The notes beneath the pieces are model-generated. The model saw only the letters and a program-made list of their open reading frames with translations. It was not told the DNA's origin and did not search any database. Source: Candidatus Lustribacter sp. (GTDB lineage Bacteria; Vulcanimicrobiota; Vulcanimicrobiia; Vulcanimicrobiales; Vulcanimicrobiaceae). Taken from it: a stretch of 64,000 bases of DNA. Positions 29,822-37,749 of this stretch are shown here, piece after piece. Each line of letters begins with the position of its first letter. Within the stretch, counting starts at the first letter, position 1. The translations under genes were made by a program, and so were the position numbers. The stretch spans positions 1,504,001 to 1,568,000 of the forward strand of contig OZ255842.1 in NCBI GenBank assembly GCA_965277805.1, read 5' to 3'.

Positions 29822-30427
29822 TTACTTCGCCGGCTCGGGCGCGGCAAAGGGCGTCATCCGTTGGCCGACCTTTGCGCGCCAATCGCCGTAGGGCGTGTAG
29901 CCGGGGCTCGATTCGCACATGTCTTTCGTCAGCTGGGCCAGCTCGGCGTCGGACTTCGAGAGATCGAGCGGAATGAGGAACGGCTGCGTGATGTACCACT
30001 CGGTGTCGACGAAGAACTCGAGGTTGTTGCCCTCGGGATCGTGCGCATAGATGCTCCACGCGATCCCGTGATTGGCCGGAAACAAGTCGCTGCCGCCTTC
30101 GGCCAGCAGCCGCTCGTGAATGTCGCGCAAGTCGGCGAGCGATCCCATCCGGAACGAGATCTGGTTGATGCTCGGTCCGAACTGAGCGTTGGCCGTGTTC
30201 TGCGGTAGCTTCTCCGGACGTCCGGTCGCCAGCACGATCTGATGGTGATCGTACGGATCGCGCGAGAGGAAGACGATTTGCATGCCGGCCGCTTCACCGC
30301 GATCGGTGACGGTGAAGCCCAGCGCGCGCGTGTAGAACTTTTCCATCATAGCGATATCGGTCACGCTGATGCCCATGTGGCTGAACATCAGGTTGGGAGC
30401 GGTCGTCTTTTCAGCGGTCGTGGACAT
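29822..30427 (-). CDS. VOC family protein (extradiol-dioxygenase-like single domain)
   Basis: FSHMGISV...FYTRALG, HHQIVL and HGIAWSIYAHDPEGNNLEFF; GGAG SD. Confidence 0.87.
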   Translation of the reverse strand: MSTTAEKTTAPNLMFSHMGISVTDIAMMEKFYTRALGFTVTDRGEAAGMQIVFLSRDPYDHHQIVLATGRPEKLPQNTANAQFGPSINQISFRMGSLADLRDIHERLLAEGGSDLFPANHGIAWSIYAHDPEGNNLEFFVDTEWYITQPFLIPLDLSKSDAELAQLTKDMCESSPGYTPYGDWRAKVGQRMTPFAAPEPAK

Positions 30428-30437
30428 AACGGTCTCC

Positions 30438-32111
30438 TTAGACGGGTGCGGAGATGGGTGCGGTGAGTCGAGCGGGCTCGTGCCCGATCACGAGGTCGAA
30501 GATGCGATCGGGATCGCCGGCATCGCCGCGCCAAGCGATGTGCTGATCGGGACGGACCAGCAGATACGCGGTTCCGGCGAGCGCCTGCAGTTCCGCCGCC
30601 CCCGGAAGATGCAGCAGTTTGAGCGGAATTCCGCGCGCATTCGCCGCGTGCATCCATGGCGCGGCGCCGTCGACGTTGCCGAAGGCGATCAGCGTGAATT
30701 CTTGGCCGAGCCGATCGTAGAGCGCGGTGCCGTCCGAGAGCCAGACGTGCGGAAGCCGGCTGCCCGGAACCGCGTTGGGCACGTACTCGATCGGTGAATC
30801 TGGCGGTGCCGGTGCGCCGTCCGCGGCGACGATGGGCGAGCCGTAGTAGCTTACGCCGAGCTGGATGCCCGGCGTGTCGTACTCCCAGCGCGCGAATTGC
30901 ATCAAGTGCGCGCTCGCCGCTGCGCGCGCTGCGTCGCCGGCTGCGGTGTTCGCTTCAATATCGGCACTCACCGGTGCCGCACCGTTGCGGCGCGCTAAGG
31001 TCAACGCGTACGCGGTGTTGCGCTCGGCGATTGGTTTGCGTTCCGACTCGTAACTCTCCAGCAGCGCGAACGGCGCCCAACCCGCTTCGACGGCCGCGAT
31101 TTTCCAGGCCAAGTTGACGGCGTCTTCGATGCCGGTGTTCAAGCCGAAGCCGCCGGTCGGGGTAAAGAGATGGGCGGCATCGCCGGCGAGAAAGCAGCGG
31201 CCGCGGCGGAAGCGATTGGCGACTAGGCTCACGCCAGCGCGCCATTCGGCGGCGGAGATGACCTCGCACGGCGTCGGTGCGCCGACCACTTCGGCCAGTA
31301 CGTCCGCGAACGGCTTCGCGTCGTTCGGATCGGCCGGGAATTGATAGTGCATCAGGTAGAGATCGCGCTCGGCATCGAGCGCCAGCAGCAACGCGCGCAG
31401 GTGCGGAAGAAGGATCCAATTCTGCCACGCGTGCGGGTGGCGCAGGCGGCGCTGCAAACCGGGCGCGCGGAAGTAGGTCGCTTCCATGCGGCCGCCCATA
31501 AACGTGAGGTCGACCCCGCCTTCGCCCTGCAGGCGTTCGCCGATTGCGTTGCGGACGAAACTGCGCCCGCCGTCGCAACCGATGGCGTAGAGCGCGCGCT
31601 CGGTCTCGCGTTCGCCCTGCGCCGTTTCGGCCTCGAGCGTCACGCCGTGGCCGTCGTCTGCCAGCGCCGTCACGCGCCGTCCGAACCGCACGTCGACGCT
31701 CGGAAATTGGCGCGCGCGTTCGAGCAGTACGGGTTCCAAGATCAGCTGGCTCGTGCGAAACTGCGGTTCGGGCGTCGGCCAGCGCGTATGCGGGCGGCGC
31801 GTCTCCTCGACCGCGCCGGCCGGCGTCGGGAGCGAAACGCGATGCAGTTCGTGGCCGAGTAAGCGCGTGTAATAAGCGACGTCCGTTCGCTGCTCTTTCG
31901 AGAGCCCGCGCGCGCGGAGCGCCCCGCTGATTCCGTGGCGCCGGTAGATCTCCATCGAGCGCGCGGTGTGGGTATTCGCCTTCGGATGCGTCGACGTCGT
32001 GGCTCCATCGTTCAAAACGATGGTCGAGATTTCGCGCAGGCCGAGTTCGCATGCCAGCAACAGGCCGACCGGCCCACCGCCCACGATCGCCACGGTCGCA
32101 GAAAGCATCAC
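30438..32111 (-). CDS. FAD-dependent monooxygenase (aromatic hydroxylase family) #2
   Basis: GGGPVG, GCDG, GDAAHLFTPTGGFGLN and VRPDQHIAWRG; clear paralog of #1. Confidence 0.92.
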   Translation of the reverse strand: MMLSATVAIVGGGPVGLLLACELGLREISTIVLNDGATTSTHPKANTHTARSMEIYRRHGISGALRARGLSKEQRTDVAYYTRLLGHELHRVSLPTPAGAVEETRRPHTRWPTPEPQFRTSQLILEPVLLERARQFPSVDVRFGRRVTALADDGHGVTLEAETAQGERETERALYAIGCDGGRSFVRNAIGERLQGEGGVDLTFMGGRMEATYFRAPGLQRRLRHPHAWQNWILLPHLRALLLALDAERDLYLMHYQFPADPNDAKPFADVLAEVVGAPTPCEVISAAEWRAGVSLVANRFRRGRCFLAGDAAHLFTPTGGFGLNTGIEDAVNLAWKIAAVEAGWAPFALLESYESERKPIAERNTAYALTLARRNGAAPVSADIEANTAAGDAARAAASAHLMQFARWEYDTPGIQLGVSYYGSPIVAADGAPAPPDSPIEYVPNAVPGSRLPHVWLSDGTALYDRLGQEFTLIAFGNVDGAAPWMHAANARGIPLKLLHLPGAAELQALAGTAYLLVRPDQHIAWRGDAGDPDRIFDLVIGHEPARLTAPISAPV

Positions 32112-32116
32112 AGCAA

Positions 32117-32135
32117 TAGTATGACTACTATACTA
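32117..32135. promoter_or_regulatory. Inverted repeat TAGTAT-N7-ATACTA (candidate operator) overlapping the -10 region of FAD monooxygenase #2
   Basis: Perfect 6-bp AT-rich inverted repeat 5 nt upstream of the start codon; contains CATACT/TATAGT -10-like hexamers on the minus strand. Confidence 0.5.
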
Positions 32136-32165
32136 GTTGGCGTTATCCCGCCGTGGGGGCGCCCC

Positions 32166-32762
32166 TTACTTGACGGCCACCAAGTCGATCAGCGCGGACA
32201 TGCCGCCGTGCCCGTCTCCCTCGTAGATCTCGGCATCGTATTCGGCGATGTCGACCGTGGCGAACGACCCGAAACCGGCCTCGAGGTCGGCGCGCGTGTA
32301 GAGCCGTTCGACGTCGCCCGGGCCGCCGGTGCCGTAGTCGAGCTGTTTGGGCGGATACCCCTCGAGAAGAAGAAGCCCGCCCGGTTTGAGCGCGCGCCGG
32401 ATGCCCGCAAACAGTGCCGTCTTCTCGAGCGGCTGCGCGAAGATCACCACGATGACGTCGTACGCATCGGCCGGCCACTCCCACTGCGAGAGATCCACGA
32501 GCTCCGTCGTGATCGTCACGCCTCGCTCCGACGCGAGCGCCCGGGCTTTCGCCTGCGCGACCGGAGAGAAATCCATCGAGACGACGTCCAGCCCTTGTTC
32601 GGCCAGCCACACGCCGTTGCGGCCCTCGCCGTCGGCAATCGAGAGCGCGCGTCCGTGCTCAGGCAAGCGCGCCTTTTGCGCCGCGAGAAACGCGTTGGGC
32701 GCCATTCCGAACAGATAACTATCGGAAGAAAAGCGCCCATTCCAGCGTTCGAGTTCGCCCAC
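32166..32762 (-). CDS. Class I SAM-dependent methyltransferase (TehB-like)
   Basis: ALSIADGEGRNGVWLAEQG, ALKPGGLLLLEGY and YGTGGP. Confidence 0.9.
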   Translation of the reverse strand: MGELERWNGRFSSDSYLFGMAPNAFLAAQKARLPEHGRALSIADGEGRNGVWLAEQGLDVVSMDFSPVAQAKARALASERGVTITTELVDLSQWEWPADAYDVIVVIFAQPLEKTALFAGIRRALKPGGLLLLEGYPPKQLDYGTGGPGDVERLYTRADLEAGFGSFATVDIAEYDAEIYEGDGHGGMSALIDLVAVK

Positions 32763-32764
32763 GA

Positions 32765-33760
32765 TCAGCGCTTCGGCACGATGCGCGCTTGGAGCTCGCC
32801 AATGACCGGCGAACTATGCACGACCACGTCGCCCGTTTTGAGGAAACGTTCCGGTGCGGCGGTGCCGTCGGGCAGACGGGCACTCGAGTCGGCTGCGGTG
32901 CCTTTGGCCGTTCCACCCGAGATGACGTCGCCCGGATAGAGGGTCAGATCGGTCGTCAGGTATTGCAGATACTCCGCAAACGACACGATCATATCGCGCG
33001 TGTTGTACTGCTGGCGCAGTTCGCCGTTCAGCCATGTTTCGACGTCGACGTTCGAGGGGTCGATGTTTTCGCCCGCGACGATGCACGGTCCCAGCGAATA
33101 CGAACCGTCGAAGTTCTTGGACATCCCGAATTTCAGCGTCGCATCGCCTTCGTGCTGATCGCGAATGCTCCAATCACCGAAGAGTGTTATGCCCCAAATG
33201 TACGGCTTGAGATCGTCCGTCGCTTTGAAATCCTTGGCGGGTTTGCCCAGCACGATCGCGAGCTCGCCTTCGTAGTCGAAGCGTTTCGTGCGGCCCGGAT
33301 ACATGATCTCGGCGCCGGGACCGGCCGCGTCGCGTCCGACTTTCCAAAAGCCCCAGATCCCGCGCGCGCGCAGACGCGCCGTAACGGCCTTGATGTCGCC
33401 CGCATCCGGGGGCGTCTTGCCGTTGCGGGCCGCCATGGCCAGCGTGTGGTCGGCAAAGTTTCCGCCGGCGCAGGCGATGCGCGCGCCCGGCACGTGCGGG
33501 GCGCGCAGCGGAACGTCCGCGAGGGGATACACGCCGTTTGCGGCGTGCTGCGCTTTCGGTTTGAGGATCGCGGCTTCGACGACGCGTTTCGCATCCGCCA
33601 GTGCTTGCGCACCGCCTTCGATCAGCCCGAGGAGATCGGAGGGGAGCGGAGCATCAACGATGCCGGGGTTGGCTTCGCTCGCACGGGCCAGATCGACGAT
33701 CAGATCATTGGCCGTCCACGCACCGACCCGTTTATCTGAACCAAATACAACGATTCTCAC
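32765..33760 (-). CDS. Fumarylacetoacetate hydrolase family protein
   Basis: CAGGNF, FDYEGELAIV, DWSIRD, SKNFD and LYPGDVISGGT. Confidence 0.92.
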   Translation of the reverse strand: MRIVVFGSDKRVGAWTANDLIVDLARASEANPGIVDAPLPSDLLGLIEGGAQALADAKRVVEAAILKPKAQHAANGVYPLADVPLRAPHVPGARIACAGGNFADHTLAMAARNGKTPPDAGDIKAVTARLRARGIWGFWKVGRDAAGPGAEIMYPGRTKRFDYEGELAIVLGKPAKDFKATDDLKPYIWGITLFGDWSIRDQHEGDATLKFGMSKNFDGSYSLGPCIVAGENIDPSNVDVETWLNGELRQQYNTRDMIVSFAEYLQYLTTDLTLYPGDVISGGTAKGTAADSSARLPDGTAAPERFLKTGDVVVHSSPVIGELQARIVPKR

Positions 33761-33832
33761 AAAACTGATGATGGCCCAGGGGTTCTACCGGTCCCTGCTG
33801 CAACGTTATCGGGCTACTCAAACGGAGGCTTC

Positions 33833-34765
33833 ATGAATCGTTACCGGATCATGCTCATGGCGCTCGTCTTCGCGCTGATCGCCGCACCCGGCGGCGCGCA
33901 AACGAAGGAGAAGATCACCGTCGCGTTTCCGCCCGTCGACCCCACGGCGGAAGTCATCTACGCCTACGACCTGGGGCTTTTCGACAAGCAAGGTCTGGAC
34001 GTTACGCTGCAGCCGCTCGGCAACGGCGGCGCGATCGCGGCCGGCGTTGCGTCGGGATCGATCGACTTCGGCGTCGGCAACGTCATCACGATCGAATCGG
34101 CACACACTAAGGGCCTGCCGCTCACGATCGTGGCACCCGGTGCCGCGAACGTCAACAGCGCGCCGTCGAACGTGCTGATCGTAAAAAAGGATTCGCCGCT
34201 GCAAAAAGCCAGCGATCTCAACGGGAAGACCATCGCAACGAATCCGCTGCGCGGCATCGGCGATCTGATGACGGACGCGTGGATCGATAAGAACGGCGGT
34301 GACTCATCGACCGTGAAGTACATCGAGATCCCGTTCCCGCAAGCAGAGGGCGTCGTCACCCAGGGCCGCGCCGATGCATCGCTCAGCGTCGAGCCGTTCA
34401 TCACGATGGCCAAAGGCGACACGCGCGTCTTTGCCAACACGTTCGGCGTTTTGGGCGACAACTATCTGATCACGGCGTTTTTCGCAGCCGCACCGTGGGC
34501 GCAAGCCCATCCCGCGATCGTCGCGAAATTCGCCGCCGCCATTCGCGAAGCGGGCGATTGGGCCAACAAAAACCCGGCGAAATCAGCCGAGATTTTGGCC
34601 AAGTACGGCAAGCTCGATCCGGACCTCGTGAAAGCGACGATCCGCGCGCGCTACGCGCTCACGCTAACGCCGGGACAGCTGCAACCGACGATTGATACGG
34701 CCGCGAAGTACAAGTTCATCGACAACGGTTTCCCGGCCCAAGAGCTGATCTTTCAAGCAAAATAG
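33833..34765 (+). CDS. SsuA/NMT1-like ABC substrate-binding protein (#4)
   Basis: GGAGG SD and signal peptide; DLGLFDKQGLDV, WIDKNGGD and LQPTIDTAAKY. Confidence 0.9.
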   Translation: MNRYRIMLMALVFALIAAPGGAQTKEKITVAFPPVDPTAEVIYAYDLGLFDKQGLDVTLQPLGNGGAIAAGVASGSIDFGVGNVITIESAHTKGLPLTIVAPGAANVNSAPSNVLIVKKDSPLQKASDLNGKTIATNPLRGIGDLMTDAWIDKNGGDSSTVKYIEIPFPQAEGVVTQGRADASLSVEPFITMAKGDTRVFANTFGVLGDNYLITAFFAAAPWAQAHPAIVAKFAAAIREAGDWANKNPAKSAEILAKYGKLDPDLVKATIRARYALTLTPGQLQPTIDTAAKYKFIDNGFPAQELIFQAK

Positions 34766-34792
34766 CCGCGCTGGTCGAAAAGACCAGGAGAA

Positions 34793-35263
34793 ATGACCGA
34801 AATCCAAATCGAGTTGGTGCCCGCGATAACCGACGACGTGCGGGCGCTGATCTACGAACTGGACGCCGGCCTTGCGGTCGCTTACCCGCCCGAGCAATTG
34901 CACGGCCTGACGTTGCGCTCGCTGTTCGAACCGCACGTGAAATTTTTCATCGCGCGGATCGACGGCGGCGCGATCGGCTGCTGCGGCGTCGCGTTCTTCG
35001 ACGGCTTTGCCGAACTGAAGCGCATGTACGTGCGCGAGCGCGCCCGCGGCCAAGGCACCGCGCAAGCGCTGCTCGCCCACATTGAAGACGTCACGCGCGC
35101 GGCCGGTTATTCGGTGCTACGCCTCGAGACGGGCGTGCGGCAACCAGCGGCCGTACGACTGTACGAAAGCGCCGGCTTTCATCCATGCGGGGTCTTCGAA
35201 CCCTACACGTCGATGGCGCCGGCGGCGATCAAGAACAGCTTGTTTTACGAAAAGCAGCTCTAG
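34793..35263 (+). CDS. GNAT N-acetyltransferase
   Basis: ELKRMYV, RARGQGTA (motif A), LRLETG and LYESAGF. Confidence 0.92.
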   Translation: MTEIQIELVPAITDDVRALIYELDAGLAVAYPPEQLHGLTLRSLFEPHVKFFIARIDGGAIGCCGVAFFDGFAELKRMYVRERARGQGTAQALLAHIEDVTRAAGYSVLRLETGVRQPAAVRLYESAGFHPCGVFEPYTSMAPAAIKNSLFYEKQL

Positions 35264-35266
35264 GCG

Positions 35267-35794
35267 CTAGGCGCGTTTACAGGTCGAGGCGTTGGTGCTC
35301 ACCCACTGGCCGTTGCGCAGGGTTTCCATTTCCCGGCGGAACGCCGTTGGGGCTAGCCGCGTGTAGACCATCCGGATCGGCTGGTCGAACCGCCGCGGTT
35401 CCTGAATGGCTCCGGCCGGCGGCGTCAGCACCTGGTCGAGATTGCCCTCGAAGTTCCAGACGTCGGTGCTCCAGGGGCCAGCCGTCATGGTCTCGAGAAA
35501 GCCCGGCCGCCCGGGGTCCGTCGCGCTGACGGCCCAGTGTCCGGAGGCCGGATCCAGCGTGTAGAGCTCGTCGAATTCACCTTGCAAACCGCCGGCGGTT
35601 ACGAAGCGATTTTTCAAGCTGATCTGGTTGTCGGTGTCGCGCGTAACGACCATCGTGCCTGCGCTGTGCGCGATGCTCTCGCACGACCACGTCCCGACAA
35701 GCTGGTAGGCGGAATCGGCCGCCGGCGTTTGCTGCGCCGTTGCGGGAGCCGAAACGGCCAGCGCGACCATCACCCCAATCGCTAAAACTCGCAT
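35267..35794 (-). CDS. Hypothetical secreted beta-rich protein
   Basis: Signal MRVLAIGVMVALAVSAPATA; LVGTWSC motif and a C-terminal Cys (possible disulfide). Alternative start 35827. Confidence 0.7.
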   Translation of the reverse strand: MRVLAIGVMVALAVSAPATAQQTPAADSAYQLVGTWSCESIAHSAGTMVVTRDTDNQISLKNRFVTAGGLQGEFDELYTLDPASGHWAVSATDPGRPGFLETMTAGPWSTDVWNFEGNLDQVLTPPAGAIQEPRRFDQPIRMVYTRLAPTAFRREMETLRNGQWVSTNASTCKRA

Positions 35795-35866
35795 GAGCAC
35801 GGTACTTTTCCGGCACCGGGCAAGCACCCTATCGGTCCCTCAGGGCGCCTGCGGCCCCTTCTATCA

Positions 35867-35894
35867 ATATCACATAATGTTGATTTCATGATAT
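35867..35894 (-). other. Candidate dif / Xer recombination site (11-6-11): ATATCATGAAA-TCAACA-TTATGTGATAT
   Basis: Intergenic and AT-rich. Right arm matches the E. coli XerD arm TTATGTTAAAT at 9/11; outer AATATCA/TGATATT is a perfect inverted repeat. Confidence 0.6.
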
Positions 35895-35918
35895 TTTGTA
35901 AGATCGCGGTATCGTTAA

Positions 35919-36338
35919 CTACGGCTGGTAGCTTCCGAAGCTCCAGAGATAGCCTTCCGGATCGGCGGCGCTGAATGTTCTGCCGCCGTATTCCGGCGAG
36001 CGCAGTTCGATCGTGATGCGCGCGCCGGCCGCTTTTGCGCGCACGTAGGCTCGTTCGACATCGTCGTCGTTATCGAGCACGATGTAAGTGCCCCCCGTGA
36101 CGCCGCCGAGCTCGCCCGGCGTGTGGCTGGGCCACTCGCCGTCATCGTGTTTGCGGGCGGAGCCGAGCATGATGAAATGGCCGCCGAGCTTGAGCTGCGC
36201 ATGCTCGACCTGCCGGTCGGTGCCTTCGTAGACGGCATGCTTCTCGAATCCGAACGCGGCGCACAGAAAGTCGATTGCGGCCAGCGCATCGGCGTAGGTG
36301 AAACACGGCATGATCGCGCGAATTACGGATGTGGTCAT
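35919..36338 (-). CDS. VOC/bleomycin-resistance family protein (PhnB-like)
   Basis: PCFTYAD...AIDFLCAAFGF, HAQLKLG and YGGRTFSAADPEGYLWSFG. Confidence 0.88.
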   Translation of the reverse strand: MTTSVIRAIMPCFTYADALAAIDFLCAAFGFEKHAVYEGTDRQVEHAQLKLGGHFIMLGSARKHDDGEWPSHTPGELGGVTGGTYIVLDNDDDVERAYVRAKAAGARITIELRSPEYGGRTFSAADPEGYLWSFGSYQP

Positions 36339-36372
36339 AGGCTCAGTATAGCTGATGAATGGCAGCGGGCTG

Positions 36373-36813
36373 CTAGGGCGAGTGGTCCGTGATGATCTTC
36401 CACCCTTGCGCCGTGCGGTGGAGCACTAACGTGAATAGTCCGGTGTTGCGCGAGCCGCCGGTGCCGTCGAGATGCCAACGCGCAACGGCAACGGCGTAGT
36501 CATCGCCGAGCGGCCGAACGAGCACGTTCGAAATCGTCAGCGCTCCCATTCCGTGCTTGTAGCCGGCCGCGTAGTGTGCGCGGATGTTGGCGTAGCCGCG
36601 AACCACGGTTTGCGAACTGACATACAGCGTATCGGGCGATTGTTCGTACGACCGCATGAAGGTCGTGAGATCGCCACGGTTCCACGCTGCGGTGCTGCGC
36701 GCGAGCAAGGCGTGAATCGCTGCTGCGGGCCTCAACGAAGCAGCGGCTTGCGACGCTCCCGTCGTGACAACGGGCAAAGCGCAAATCACTGCGAGGAGGC
36801 GCATCGCGCTCAT
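36373..36813 (-). CDS. Secreted SnoaL-like/NTF2-fold protein (DUF4440/YybH type)
   Basis: GGAGG SD before ATG 36813; signal peptide; AAWNRGDLTTFM and GLFTLV...GWKIITDHS. Confidence 0.85.
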   Translation of the reverse strand: MSAMRLLAVICALPVVTTGASQAAASLRPAAAIHALLARSTAAWNRGDLTTFMRSYEQSPDTLYVSSQTVVRGYANIRAHYAAGYKHGMGALTISNVLVRPLGDDYAVAVARWHLDGTGGSRNTGLFTLVLHRTAQGWKIITDHSP

Positions 36814-36984
36814 AAAGCCTCCGGCACGGTCGGCAGTGAGACAAGTAAGCATGCGGCTCCAAATGTGTGGCACTTCTCAATGATGAGAATTGTGCGAATC
36901 ATGTAAAGATGGGCCTTTAATTCTCCGATGACCTAGTGAGCGTCGCAGTGAGGTGGCGCTAGTCAGCTTCAAGGATGAAACGCT

Positions 36985-37734
36985 ATGCGTCGTTTGCTAC
37001 AGGCAGCGCTAATTTCGTCATTGACTTTCTTGCTCGCCGCGTGCGGAGGCGGGGGAACCGGCGTCCTTCCGCCCGGAGGTTCGGCGGGCTCGAGCACAAC
37101 GGATGCCGGATCCGCTGCGGCACGGACGACGTTCAACGAAACCTGGTCCGAATTCAGCCCGGGCGCGATTTGGGCGGACGGCACCGTCTACGGCCGGTGG
37201 ACGGATCAATGGAACGGGTACGGCGCAATCGACGTCGCGGGTACCGGAACGCAAGGCTCGGGCTTGACGCTCGCGCCGCAGGCTGCAGCTCCGTGGGACC
37301 ACTCGGCGCTCGTGACGACGACGGCACCGCTGTCAAACTTTTCGGCGTCCGTCACGCTCACCACGATCAAACAGCTGAACACTGCGCCGAACCCGTGGGA
37401 AGTTGGTTGGGTGCTGTGGGGCTTCACGGACAACACGCACTTCTACGCCTTCACGCCGCAGCCCAACGGGTGGGAATTGAGCAAGCAAGATCCGGCCTAT
37501 CCGGGCGACCAGCGATTCCTCGCGACGGGCTCGACGCCGAAGTTTCCGGTGGGCGCCACGTACACGGTAGCGGTGGCGCAACAGGGTGCGCTCATGTCGG
37601 TGTGGGTCAACGGTCAGTTCATCGTCTCGTTCACGGACCATGAACGCCCGTATGTCAGCGGCTCGTTGGGACTTTATTGCGAGGAAGCCGCTGTCAACTA
37701 CGGTCAAATCTTCGTGACCCCGAACGCGAGCTGA
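36985..37734 (+). CDS. Lipoprotein with a beta-sandwich (ConA/DUF1080-like) domain
   Basis: Lipobox LLAAC-GGG and Gly/Ser linker; PNPWEVGWVLW, VWVNG and SGSLGLYCE. Confidence 0.7.
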   Translation: MRRLLQAALISSLTFLLAACGGGGTGVLPPGGSAGSSTTDAGSAAARTTFNETWSEFSPGAIWADGTVYGRWTDQWNGYGAIDVAGTGTQGSGLTLAPQAAAPWDHSALVTTTAPLSNFSASVTLTTIKQLNTAPNPWEVGWVLWGFTDNTHFYAFTPQPNGWELSKQDPAYPGDQRFLATGSTPKFPVGATYTVAVAQQGALMSVWVNGQFIVSFTDHERPYVSGSLGLYCEEAAVNYGQIFVTPNAS

Positions 37735-37749
37735 GTTGAAGCCGGAGAA

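Noticed and set aside
36771-36830. GGGCAAA...AAAGCCTCCGGC resembling a c-di-GMP-I riboswitch
   Set aside because: Lacks the GNRA-capped P2 stem and the GACGC before AAAG. It overlaps the start of the minus-strand SnoaL gene, and GCCTCC is simply that gene's GGAGG SD.
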